From Mobula hypostoma (lineage: Eukaryota), in assembly GCF_963921235.1 (NCBI RefSeq), contig NC_086097.1:215080001-215144000 (forward strand): a stretch of 64,000 nucleotides of DNA. The letters run 5' to 3'. The position numbers and the translations under genes were made by a program. Under the pieces are notes generated by a model. That model did not search any database. It had not been told where the DNA came from and was given only the letters and a program-made list of their open reading frames with translations. Position 1 is the stretch's first letter. Every line of letters starts with the position of its first letter. Shown here piece after piece: positions 39,179 through 51,362 of this stretch.

Positions 39179-39265
39179 TAAAAATAAGACGTTCGTACAA
39201 AATTAGCAACACTCACAACACGCTGGAGGAACTCAGCAGGTCGGGCAGCATCCGTGGAAACGATC

Positions 39266-39301
39266 AGTCAACGTTTTGGGCTGGAACCCTTCATCAGGAC
39301 T
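39266..39301 (-). ncRNA. Decayed hammerhead motif in the PLE 3' end
   Basis: AGTC-CTGATGA-AGGG-TTCCAG-CCC-AAAA-C-GTT-GACT; the conserved GAAA has become AAAA. Confidence 0.65.
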
Positions 39302-40523
39302 GAAGAGGGAAGGGGCAGAGGCCCTATAAAGAAGGTGGTGGGAGGGTGGGAAGGAGAAGGCTGGTAGGTTCCAGGTGAAAAACCAGTAAGGGGAAAGATA
39401 AAGGTGTGGGGGAGGGGAGGCAGGGAGAGGATAGGCAGGAAAGGTGAAGAAGGAATAGGGGAAAACACAATGGATGGTAGAAGGAGGTGGAACCATGAGG
39501 GAGGTGATAGGCAGCTGGGGCAAGGGGCAGAATGAAACTGGGAAGGGAGGGTGAGGGGATTACCAGAAGCTGGAGATTCAATGTTCATACTAAGGGGCTG
39601 GAGACTACCTAGACGGTACATGAGGTGTTGCTCCTCCAACCTGAGTTTAGCCTCATCATGGCAGTAGAGGAGGCCATGTATGGACATATCCAAATGGGAA
39701 TGTGAAGCAGAGTTGAAGTGGGTGGCAACCGGGAGATCCTGTCTGTTGTGGCGGATGGAGCGGAGGTGCTCGACAAAGCGGTCCCCCAATCTGCGTCGGG
39801 TTTCACTGATGTAGAGGAGGCCACACCGGGAGCACTGTATGCAATAGGTGACCCCAACAGACTCACAAGTGAAGTGTTGCCTCACCTGGAAGGACTGTTT
39901 GGGGCCCTAAATGGTGGCAAAGGAGGAGGTGTAGGGACAGGTGTAGCACTTACGCTTACAGGGATAAGTGCCGGGTGGGAGATCTGTGGGGAGGAACGTG
40001 CGGACCAGGGAGTCACGGAGGGAACGATCCCTGTGGAAAGCGGAGAGGGGTGGAGAGGGAAAGATGTGCTTAGTGGTAGGGTCCTGTTGAAGGTGGCGAA
40101 AGTTGCGGAGGATAATGTGCTGGATCCGGAGGCTGGTGGGGTGATAGGTAAGGACAAGGGGAACTCTGTCCCTGTTGTGGTTGCGGGAGGATGGGGTGAG
40201 GGCCGAAGTGCGGGAAATGGAGGAGATGCTGGTGAGGGCATCAGAGATGACGGCAGAAGGGAAACCATGATCCTTAAAGGAAGAGGACATTTGAGATGTC
40301 CCGAAATGGAAAACCTCATCCTGGGAGCAGATGCGGTGGATCGGAGGAACTGGGAATAGGGAATGGCATTTTTGCATGTGGCAGGGTGGGAAGAGGTATA
40401 GCCGAGGTAGTTATGAGAGTCAGTGGGCTTGTAGAAGATGTCAGTGAACAGTCTGTCTACAGAGATGGAGACCAAGAGATGGAGAAAGGGGAGAGAAATG
40501 TCCAAGATAGACGAAGTGAATTT

Positions 40524-43501
40524 CTTTCTTTTTAAATCTTTTTATTGAGTAAGTATACAAAAAAGGTAAGCCATATAAACATTAATACAATGTTAAAGTA
40601 TAATAAAATTCCAAAAGATAACAATACCAAAAAGAAAATACTACAAACAATGTAATTTAAGCATAAGAAACCAAGATAACATAATAGTATACTAGATTTT
40701 ATATATATCAACGGAAAAAAAGAAAAAAAAAACCCCAAAAAAAACCCCACCGTGCAACTAACTAAAAGCAAAGCAAAGCAATGGGCTAACTTGAAACCAA
40801 ACAGAGTTAAACTTAAAATCACGTCCTCAATCCCGACCTCCATTAAAACAGTGAAAAAAAACAAGAAGGGTAAATATTACATTAAATGAAAATATCGAAT
40901 AAAAGGTCCCCAAATCTGTTCAAATTTAAATGAAGAATCATAAAGGTTACTTCTAATTTTCTCCAGATTCAAACATAAAATCGTCTGAGAAAACCAAAAA
41001 AAGGTAGTTGGAGCATTAAGCTCTTTCCAATGTTGTAAAATACATCTTTTCGCCATTAAAGTAAGAAATGCAATCATTCTACGGGCTGAAGGGGAAAGAT
41101 TACTAGAAATTTTAGGTAGTCCAAAGATAGCAGTAATAGGGTGAGGAGAGATATCTATATTTAATACCTTAGAAATAATATGGAAAATATCTCTCCAAAA
41201 AGTTTCCAAAGTAGGGCAAGACCAAAACATATGAGTTAAAGAGGCTATCTGCCCCGAACATCTATCACAGAAAGGATTAATATGCGAGTAAAAACGCGCT
41301 AACTTATCTTTGGACATATGTGCTCTATGCACCACTTTAAATTGAATTAGGGAATGTTTAGCACAAATAGAGGAAGTATTAACTAATTGTAAAATCTGCC
41401 CCCAATCATCCACAGAAATGGTAAGCCCCAATTCCTGTTCCCAATCTACCCTAATCTTATCAAATGGAGCTTTCCTGAGTTTCATAATAATATTATAAAT
41501 CATAGCCGATGCACCTTTCTGACATGGATTAAGGTTAATTATCGAATCTAAAATATATATAGGAGGAAGCATTGGAAAGGAAGGAAGTATAGTACTTAGA
41601 AAATTTCTAACTTGTAAATATCTAAAAAAATGTATTCTTGATAGGTTATATTTATTAGATAATTGTTCAAAAGACATAAGGGAACCATCTAAAAATAAAT
41701 CCAAAAACCGTAAAATACCCTTAGTCTTCCAAGTTTGAAAAGCGCGATCCGTAAAAGAGGGAGGAAAAAATATGTTACCTAAAATAGGAATCGCTAACCC
41801 GAATTGATTAAGATCAAAAAATTTTCTGAATTGAAACCAAATACGCAAAGCATATTTAACGATCGGGTTAGAGACCTGCTTAAGGCGTTTCGAATCAAAA
41901 GGAAGAGATGAACCTAAAATAGAACCAAGTGTATAACCCTGAACAGATTATAATTCCAATGCTACCCATTTAGGAATAGATAGTATATCCCGGTCAAGTA
42001 ACCAAAATTTCATATGTCGAATATTAATAGCCCAATAATAAAATCTAAAGTTAGGTAATGCTAAACCTCCATCTCTCTTAGCTTTCTGTAAATGTATTTT
42101 ACCCAGTCTCGGATTCTTATTCTGCCAAATAAATGAAGAAATTTTAGAGTCGACTTTATCAAAAAAAGATTTAGGAACGAAAATTGGTAATGCCTGAAAC
42201 ACATATAAAAATTTTGGCAAAAAAAACATCTTAACTGCATTAATACGACCAATCAAAGTTAAATATAAAGGAAACCATTTAGATGAAAGTTGAGTAATAT
42301 GGTCTATTAATGGTAAAAAGTTAGTCTTAAATAAATCTTTATGTTTACAAGTAATTTTAATCCCAAGATATGAAAGGTAATTATTAATCAATTTAAATGG
42401 AAATTTATAATATAAGGGAAGATGTTTATTAATCGGAAAAAGTTCACTCTTACTAAGATTTAATTTATAACCTGAGAAAAGACCAAATTGTGCTAATAAC
42501 TCTAAAACAGCAGGAATAGATCTCTCAGGATTAGAAATATATAAAAGTAAATCATCAGCATAGAGTGATAATTTATGGGACTTTAATCCCCGAGTTATCC
42601 CAGTAATATTTGAAGATTCTCGAATAGCAATTGCAAGAGGTTCTAATGCAATATCAAATAATAGGGGACTAAGAGGACAGCCTTGTCGAGTACCACGAAA
42701 GAGAGGAAAAAAAGGTGAGTTTAAAGAGTTAGTACGAACCGAGGCTACAGGGGAGTGATATAACAGTTTAATCCAGGATATAAATTTCAGGCTAAAATTA
42801 AACATTTCAAGCACCTTAAATAAATAAGGCCATTCTACTCTATCAAAAGCTTTCTCGGCATCTAAAGAAATAACACACTCAGGAACATTTTGTGAGGGAG
42901 TATAAACGATATTTAACAATGTACGAATATTATAAAAAGAGTAACGACCTTTAATAAAACCCGTTTGGTCTTCCGAAATAATAGAAGGAAGTACTTTTTC
43001 TAGTCTATTTGCTAATAACTTAGAAAAAACTTTAGAATCAACATTTAATAAAGATATTGGTCTATAAGATGCACATTGAGCAGGGTCTTTATCCTTCTTT
43101 AGTATTAAAGAAATTGATGCTCTATTAAAAGATTCCGGAAGTTTACCAAGTTTCAAAGAAGCCTCAAAAACCTTATAGAGCCAAGGAATCAATAAAGAAG
43201 CAAAACATTTATAAAATTCAACGGTAAACCCATCAGGGCCAGGAGCTTTCCCCAGATTCATAGAAAAAATAACATTCTTAATCTCATCCATTGTAATGGA
43301 AGTATCTAATAAAGAAGACATATCCTGTGAAATCTGAGGAAAGTCTAACTTATCTAAAAAATCATTCATATATTTAGAATCTCGAGGAGACTCTGATTGA
43401 TATAAAGAAGAATAAAAATCACAAAAGGTTTGATTAATCCCCACATGATCCAATATCAATCGATCATTTTGGTTATAAATCTGATTGATTTGAGATTTAA
43501 C
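40524..43501 (-). mobile_element. Young 5'-truncated L1-clade LINE (ORF2 RT and C-terminus) inserted in the PLE
   Basis: ORFs 41948-43459 and 40877-41848 share a frame and are separated by one TAA. Motifs KAPGPDGF, SLDAEKAFDRVEW, GTRQGCPLSP, YADD, C-terminal CxxC..HxxxxC. AATAAA and A-rich tail. Perfect 17-bp TSD ATAGACGAAGTGAATTT at 40507-40523 and 43502-43518. Confidence 0.96.
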
Positions 43502-44804
43502 ATAGACGAAGTGAATTTGAGGGCTGGGTGGAAGTTTGAAGTAAATTTGATGAAATTGACGAGCTCAGCATGGGTGCAGGAAGCAGCACCAATGTAGTCG
43601 TCAATGTAGCGAAGGAAAGGTTGGGGAGCAGTACCAGAACAGATTTGGAGCACAGACTGTTCCACATAACCAACGAAGAGGCAGGCATAGCCAGGACCCA
43701 TGCGAGTGCCCATAGCTATACCCTTGGTCTGAAGAAAGTGGGAAGAGCCAAAAGAGAAGTTATTAAGTGTGAGTACCAATTCCGCCAACCGGAGGAGGTG
43801 GGGAACTGGTGAGGTCTATTGTCCAGAAAGTAGCGGAGGGCTTTGAGGTCTTCTTGATGGGGAATGGAGGTGTATAAGGATTGGGCATCCATAGTGAAAA
43901 TGAAGTGGTCGGGATTGGTGACTGGAAGTTATTGAAGAGGTGGAGGTCATGGGATGTATCCCGGATGTAGGTGGGGAGAGACTGAACTATGGGTGACAAA
44001 ACGGAGTCCAGGTAGGCAGATACAAGTTCGGTGGGACAGGAGCAGGCAGAAACTATGGGTCTACCGGGATAGTCAGGCTTCTGGATCTTGGGGAGGAGGT
44101 AAAACCGAGCGGTATGAGGTGTGGGAATTATGAGTTTAGTGGCTGAGGATGGAAGGTCTCCAGAGTTGATAAGGGCGGTGATGGTACGGGAGACAATGGT
44201 TTGATGTTTTTTGGTGGGGTCCTGTTCCAGGGGTAAGTAAGAGGAGGTGTCACAGAGCTGCCATTTGGCCTCAGTAAGGTAGAGGTCTGTCCACCAAACT
44301 ACTATGGCACCACCTTTGTCTGTGGGTTTGATGGTGAGGTTGAGATTAGTGCGGAGAGAATGGAGGGCAGTGCATTCAGAGGGAGAAATTGCTTCGCATT
44401 CCCATTCAGATATGTCCATACATGGGCTCCTCTACTGCCATGATGAGGCTAAACACAGGTTGGAGGAGCAACACCTCACATACCGTCTGGGTAGTCTCCA
44501 GCCCCTTGGTATGAACATAGAATTCTCCAAATTTAGGTAATTCCCTCCCCCTCCCTTCTCCCATCCCAGTTTCACTCTGCCCCTCCCCCAGCTGCCTATC
44601 ACCTCCCTCATGGTTCCGCCTCCTTCTACTACCTATTGTGTTTTCCCCTATTCTTTCTTCACCTTTCCTGCCTACCCTCTCCCTGCTTCGTCTCCCCCAC
44701 CCCTTTATCTTTCCCCTTACTGGTTTTTCACCTGGAACCTACCAGCCTTCTCCTTCCCACCCTCCCCCCACCTTCTTTATAGGGCCTCTGCCCCTTCTCC
44801 CTTC

Positions 44805-44840
44805 AGTCCTGACGAAGGGTTCCGGCCTGAAACGTCGACT
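44805..44840 (+). ncRNA. Minimal type I hammerhead ribozyme motif (PLE-associated)
   Basis: Stem I AGTC/GACT, core CTGACGA, stem II AGG/CCT, GAAA, palindromic ACGT in place of a looped stem III, cleavage triplet GTC (44834-44836). Confidence 0.8.
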
Positions 44841-44944
44841 CATCGTTTCCACGGATGCTGCCCGGCCTGCTGAGTTCTCTAGCGTGTTGTGAGTGTTGCT
44901 TTGACCACAGCATTTTGCGAATACGAATTTAGTCCACATTAGTA

Positions 44945-45530
44945 CAAGCGGCGGACGGAACTCCATTCTCGGTGCGGTGCAGGTCGGTTCCAACAGGTGG
45001 CAGTGTTTGGGGTAAGGAGCGGCGGATTCGTGTACTGCGCCCCCTCCTTGGAGGACCCGCGTCGCACCTGATGCCCAGTTCTCTGCCGTTCCTCCGGTTG
45101 TCCTTCTCGCATTGACGTCAGATGCCGGAAGGTCAGAGGCTCCGAGCGGAAGTGGGTGCAGGAGCGCTCCGCCATTGTGTGCGAGAGGAGTAGTAACCGT
45201 ACATCTACAGACACGTACACACAGTTAGTCACCGCCACCCGGCCCGAAGGGAGACCGCGACCTGCTCGCAACACAGACAGCTGCCCGCTCCACCGCCTCC
45301 TCCTGGGATTTACCACCATTGGCCTGGGCCGTTGCGCGATCCACTGGGAGCTCGTTTTTTTTTAATATAAAAAGAGTCGGCGGAGCCTGAGGCCGCGGCC
45401 GAGACCCTGCCCGCTGTTGTTTAATGAAGAATGTCTGCGACCAGCGTGGAGCAGGTAATGCGCTGGCTGCTGGCTGGCGGGCAAGCGAGTACTCGAGTCC
45501 GGCCCGCTGCCGCCTCCTCGCAGGCCACAG
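44945..45530 (+). promoter_or_regulatory. YTHDF3 CpG-island promoter and 5' UTR
   Basis: CpG-dense region against a CpG-poor background; perfect CRE TGACGTCA (45113-45120), ETS/GABP-type CCGGAAG (45125) and GCGGAAGTG (45146), YY1-like CCGCCATT (45169). Confidence 0.8.
45431..45454 (+). CDS. YTHDF3: YTH N6-methyladenosine RNA-binding protein F3, coding exon 1 (MSATSVEQ)
   Basis: Matches human MSATSVDQ; donor CAG|GTAATG. Confidence 0.92.
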
Positions 45531-45719
45531 CTCCTTCCCTCCCTCCCTTACATATTTCCTGTCGCTTGCACTCTAGTAACAAGGTTGATTTATTAGTTTA
45601 AATATTAGCTAATTTTAATATTGAATTTCGAATTTCCATGAGGTACTGACGGGTGTTTTCTTTTTTTGTTTTTTTTCTTTTTGCATTTTTGCTTTCTATT
45701 AAACACGATACTACATCAG

Positions 45720-45744
45720 AGACCGAAAGGACAGGGAAGTAAAG
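45720..45744 (+). CDS. YTHDF3: YTHDF3 coding exon 2 (RPKGQGSK + G)
   Basis: 25 nt; acceptor CAG after a U-rich tract, donor AAG|GTGAGT; human RPKGQGNK. Confidence 0.92.
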
Positions 45745-46179
45745 GTGAGTTGGTCCGTAACTCATTGTTAGTTTCACAGATTGACTGTTTTTGCTTTTTT
45801 TTATGTTTGTTTCTAAAGCAATTTTTTTTTAACCCGAAGCTTTTCCTAATATCACTTTTTTAAAAAAAATTTCGGAGCTCGTCTCTATTTGGAAACTATT
45901 TTTTCCCTTTTACATAATTTGAGGATATGTTTAATGTTCATATTGGAGGACATTTTTTTCTGATTTAGGGTAATTTCTCCAGCAGAGTTAATTAAATTGA
46001 CAGATGTAGATTACGTTCAGCCAGGGCACATGTCTTACGATTATTCAGTCTGAAGTTGATGCTTAAGTGGCTTTAGTGTTTCATTTCATTTGTCTGAACT
46101 TTTGCTTCTGGCTTTTTTCAAAATAAGTATTTTATTTTGATTCAAACTCTGAAAATGAGATTAAGATGTAATTGAAGAA

Positions 46180-46390
46180 AAGACCTGCAGATGCTGGAAA
46201 TCTGAAACAGAATATGGTGAAAATACTGAGTAAGTCAGGCAGTACCTTGAAAGAAATGAAGTAATCTTCTTAGCTCAGTGACTCTTTATTAGACCCATCT
46301 CTGAAGAGCCATTGACCTGAAACATTAAAGTTGTTTCTTTATTCGCAGATGCAGTCTGATCTCTTTGAGTATTTCTGCTGTTTTGTGTGT
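46180..46390. mobile_element. Old fold-back PLE-derived element in YTHDF3 intron 2
   Basis: Degenerate arms (CTGCAGATGCTGG...AATACTGAG / ...TGAGTATTTC) around a decayed CTGAAGA...GAAAC core. Confidence 0.5.
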
Positions 46391-47854
46391 GTTCACAACA
46401 ATATGGATTTACATTGGCAACATTTGTAACCCAAAACTTTTACTTCTGAAAATAACACTGCTTTTTAAAAATATGAAATTTGCCTTGGCAAATTTCGTAC
46501 AGTAATCTAATTTAATCAGCAGCTGGTGTACATGCATTTGAAACCTTCAAACAGCAGTAGTGCAGCTCTTTCATTAAATGAAATCAAGGCTGATATGTTC
46601 TGGGTCTCAACTTCACTTTCCAACTTGCTAGTCATAATCAGTAATTTCCCAAGTGACTCCCAAACTATGCCTTGATACTATAATGCTCATTAAAATTAAC
46701 ATTGCTCGTTCTAATTTTACAAATACTGTATTTTTGTAACATACTCAACACCAACAATGTGGAGACGAGCTAACAGCTTGTAAATCTCATTGCAGTCTTC
46801 AGTTCAATTGTTTACAGTATCTTCAGTTATTTGCAATTAGGATCATAATTTATTTTGGCATGGTATTTCTCACCTTTTGCCATTACTAAGACTTGCTCCA
46901 AGTTTTTAATTTTATCTCTGGTTTGAGGGCAACTTGACCAGTGTGATGAGGGTGATAAAAAAACATCTGGAATCTAGCAGTCAATCTGGTTATTTATTAA
47001 TGAAATTTGAGGTATTGTGCAATTAGCAGTGAAATGATTGGGAAGGAAGAATATTAGAATAGTTGAAATCACGTACAGAAAGCAGAAGGAAACAAACACT
47101 AGATTACTGATGGGAAAAATTAAGTATTTTTTAAAGTGTACTTTAAATTCAATTTCTCTTAAGCAGCAATAAAAACTTGATGTGCTGAGATTCCATACTG
47201 AATAACTGTGAAAAGCTTTGTTGCAAGTGCTGCAGTTTTGTGCTGGAAGACAGGAAGTGGAGTTTTGCTAAGCTAAGGTGAAATGGCATAAACCAGCCAG
47301 CAGCATTTGGATGTCAGAGCTTAAATTAAATTTTGCCCCTCAGTTGAAGTTGCTGTACCCTTTTACTGTAATAGCAGAATGCTCCATTGTTCTTGAGATA
47401 TTTTTTTAAAAAGTTTTGGTCATTTTGTATGCAACTGAATATTAGAACTGTGAAATATCACAATTTTTCAGGAAAAATTGAGAATTTCAGTACATGGAAG
47501 ATGCATTATTGTTCCATAAAATTAACTAAGTGTTTAAGAATGTACCAAGCTTTGAATTCATTTCCTGTTTATACCCATTTGCCTGAGCCCAGTTAATTGT
47601 GTGCATTGTTTACTGCTGATTGGATCTTAAATTGTTTGAGTTGTTGACATTTGGATGGGTTGATGGACTGATTCCAATCTGCAGAGATCTGAAAACATTC
47701 ATTTTAGCCATAAAAAATCTTAAATTTATTGCTATTTGAACTGCCATGTTTGATAACTTGCATGGAGGAAAACTTACATTGTTTGATTTGCAAATGACCA
47801 TTGAGTTATGTTGAAGGAACAAAATCAGGAAAATCAGATTTATTTTCACTGACA

Positions 47855-48950
47855 TAGGGCGTATCTCAGGTGATGGCGGTCCTGCATGATGGTGCCGGCT
47901 GGGTCTACAACCCTCTGTAATCTCTTGTGATTACCAAGCTGTGATGCAAACGGTCAGAATGCTCTCTGCTGTGCATCTATAGAAATTTGCAGTCGTCTTT
48001 GGTAATTCTAAATGTCCTCAAACTCCTAACAAGGTAGAGCCTCTGGCATGCCTTCTTGATTGCACCAATGTGTTTGGCCCAGGATAGATCTGAGATGTTG
48101 ATGTCTAGGAACTTAAAGCTGCTCACTCTTTCAATCACTGGTGGTGCTATCAGCCTCCCCTTCTTGAAGCCAATAATCAGTTCCTTAGTCTTACTGATGT
48201 TGAGTGCAAGGTTGTTGTAGTGATACTACTTAATCAGCCTACCTATCTTACTCCTGTAAATTTTTTCAACAGCATCTGAGATACCACCAACTGGAGTGGT
48301 GTCATTGGCATACTTATGGATGCTTTGGTATACTGTTATGAATGTAGAAGGCGGAGCAGTGGGCTAATTGCACATCCTTGAGGTGTGTCTATGTTGATGG
48401 CCAATGAAGAGAAGTTGTTACCAATCTGCACTGACTGTGGTCTCCCAGGAGGTTGAGGGTTCAGTTGTAGGAGGTGCGGAGGTGCAGGTTTTGAAAGTTG
48501 CTTAACTGAGCTAATGATATTGAATGCCAAGCTGTAATCACAATAGTAGCATGACATGTGTTTTGTTGTTGTCGAATTGCTTGAAAGCAGACTGAAGAAC
48601 CAGTGAGATTGCATCTGCTGTGGACCTGTTGTGGTGGTAAGCAAATTGCAGCAGGTTCACTTTCTTGAAAGATGTTTGGGCATCAGCCTCTGAGACAAGA
48701 TCACAGTATTGCCAGATGCTGTGATGATTCATACTGGTGTTGTGCTTAAAAGGCATTGAGCTCATCCAGGAGTGAAGTATCACTGTTTGGTTTCACCTTT
48801 TAGGAAGTAAGAGCGTGGAAACCCTGCCACAACTGTTGTGCATCCGGTTAGGTGTCTAGCTTCACATGGAATTCTCATTTCACTCTCACAGTGGCCTTCT
48901 ACGCATTGTACCTGGATTTAAGACAGTTCTATTTTTTTCTCTCTACATTG
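47855..48950 (-). mobile_element. Degenerate Rex1/Babar LINE
   Basis: ORFs 48336-48783 ([32 protein letters not shown]). Confidence 0.8.
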
Positions 48951-49199
48951 AGGGGAATATGTAATAGCAAAGAATGGAAAGCAGGATATAATTTTACTAT
49001 ATCTTTTGAGAGAATATTTGAACTCTGCATTGCCATTCAATATAAGCAGACTACTGTGGATTTCATTAAAGTTCAGTAACTTTGTTCTTGAACTTTGTAT
49101 ATGTCACATGCACCAATGTTTGACGTTGGATCAAAAACGGAATTAAATCTTTACCCAAGAGAAAGGAAATTAGCTGGCCTCCCATAGTACAACATGGCA

Positions 49200-49570
49200 A
49201 TCAGATATTTCAGGCATCATTTCAGAATCGGGATGTACACCACCCAGGACGTGCCCTCTTCTCATTGTTACCGTCGGGAAAGAGGTGCAGGTACCTGAAG
49301 GAACAGCTTCTTCCCCCTCTGCCACCCAGTTCCTAAGTTGACATTGAACCCAAGAACTCTACCTCACTACTTTTTTATTTGTTTTTGTTTGCACTAATTT
49401 TAAATTAAATATTTAATAAACTTATTTTATATATACATAGATATATATATATATACACTCACACTGTAACTGATTTTTTCCCCTCTATTTATAATGTATT
49501 TCTTTGTACTGCTGTCGTAAAGTTGACAAATTTGATGACATATGCCCGTGATATTAAATCTGATTCTGAT
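49200..49570 (+). mobile_element. Rex1/Babar 3' end with CTGATT tail
   Basis: Similar to 38820-39178 (HPG.ALFSLLPSG.R, 3' UTR and tail). Confidence 0.75.
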
Positions 49571-51282
49571 ATATGTTGTGAAATCTGTTTTGTGGCAGCA
49601 GTGTAGTGCAAGACAAAGAAATGAAATAAATCGGTAAATAGTGTGAGAGGAATAGTGAGTCCATTTAGAAATCTTTTGCATTTTCCTTGTGTATTGCAGA
49701 TAGAGGTATGGATATGATGCTATTTTCACATCATGAATTGGTTTTGCAATTCGAGTGAAACTTCTACATGCAATTATGTCACACTAACCAAACAAGTAGT
49801 GACATAATCAACCATCAAACAAATACTTGTACTGTTTGCTTTTCATTCTTACTATCTAATCACCAAAGTGTTACAGTAGACATACTTCAACAATTTGGCT
49901 GTAAATAGTGAGCTTGGATGCCCACTCTTTATTTGCTAGTTAGAAGTAAATTAATTGGATCTGCTTTCCAAGCTGGCCATAAGCATGTTCCCTTTCAAAG
50001 AAATATGTGGAATTGAACAGTCATCAGAACCCAGCTGCAGCAGTTTTCATGTAATTTATCAGTAGTAGCTTCTGAATTGATTTAGGACAGTTCAGTGTTT
50101 AGTACCAATTCTAAAGTGCAATTCAGATGAGCAAGAATTTATTATTAAAGTAATACAACATACATTTCATGATTTGCTTTACTTCTTGTAGCATATCTCA
50201 ATTTAGGGTTGTTAAAAATTTGGTAACACTTCTCTCCAGTGAAAATTCAATTGTCACATGGTATTGTTTTAAGAAAAGGTGAACTCACCATGGTATGGAC
50301 TTGCCAAGCAATTAATAATAAATGTTCTTTGTAAGTACATCTGTACTTGAATAGTGGCTTGCGCTACAATATCTCTGTTGTTTTAGTAAATAGTGTATCT
50401 TGCTATTAACATTTCCAAACAAGACTTATTAAATTTTTATTCAAAATAACATGCAGCTGTGTATGGATCAGTCTTACTACGGCTGTAAAACCATAATTTC
50501 TTTTGGAGAGGGAAAAATGTAAGAAAATCATTAGTGCTGAGCATATTTGATTATGAAAAGAAACTGAGAAGACTACAATCTGCATCAGTATTTAATGTAA
50601 GTTATGCTTCAACTGAGTAATAGATTAAAAAGGATAAATGTTTGTAATAGACTATTGCACACACAGGTAATATGCAAATACTTTTAAACATTCTGGTGCA
50701 CATTGTTGACCAAGTAGTTAGTTGAAGTTTGGACGAGGTCTCTTTAATTGTACTGAGTCTTATTTTGGCGTTAAGTTGCCCCTTGCCTTCAAAATGATGT
50801 GTATTACAAAATTAAATGCTCAGATCATTACAAATCTGTTTTCAGAGTGATTTCTTAGTTTCAATTTTTACTGGAATGTGGCATATTTTCTATGGTTTCT
50901 ATGGTGGTTTTTGTTTACATGCCCTGCAGATATTGGTCATGTTACAATATATTGGCCTGGCTGTGTTGTGCATTCGTATTATTCTTAATTGTCCTAAATC
51001 TCTGAGTATTGTGGGAATGCAACTTTAAAAAAAAACCTGCAGCTCAGAAACTACATAATTTTCAGTTTGATGTACTATATACCTTCATACAGGATGACCT
51101 GAAACTGCTTATAATTTCATTAGCATTTCTTGGGGCACCTGTCTTTTTCGTCATTGAATTTATAATGTTATGTTGTGCTCATTGTTAAACTAGCTTACGT
51201 AAGACAAACTCCAGAAAATTGTATTTTAAAAAGTGGCTGCATTGGTTAGTAGGAGTTACTAATAGAATATTTTTAATTTCAG

Positions 51283-51362
51283 TTCAGAACGGTTCGATGC
51301 ATCAAAAAGACACAGTGAACGATGATGATTTTGAACCTTATTTAACAACCCAGGCAAATCAG
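51283..51362 (+). CDS. YTHDF3: YTHDF3 coding exon 3 ([27 protein letters not shown])
   Basis: 80 nt; acceptor TTTCAG|, donor CAG|GTAAGT; 24+25+80 = 129 nt restores phase 0. Confidence 0.92.

Larger units (their letters stand above)
39205..44920 (-). mobile_element. Penelope-like element (RT + GIY-YIG endonuclease) with an inverted copy of its 3' end at the 5' side
   Basis: Minus-strand ORFs: IKPTDKGGAIVV (43763-44419), GIAMGTRMGP...LRYIDD (43456-43788), IFYKPTD (39882 ORF), YCIQCSRCGLLYISET..RLGDRFVEH (39268-39885). 39205-39709 is inverted-repeated at 44390-44900. Confidence 0.92.
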
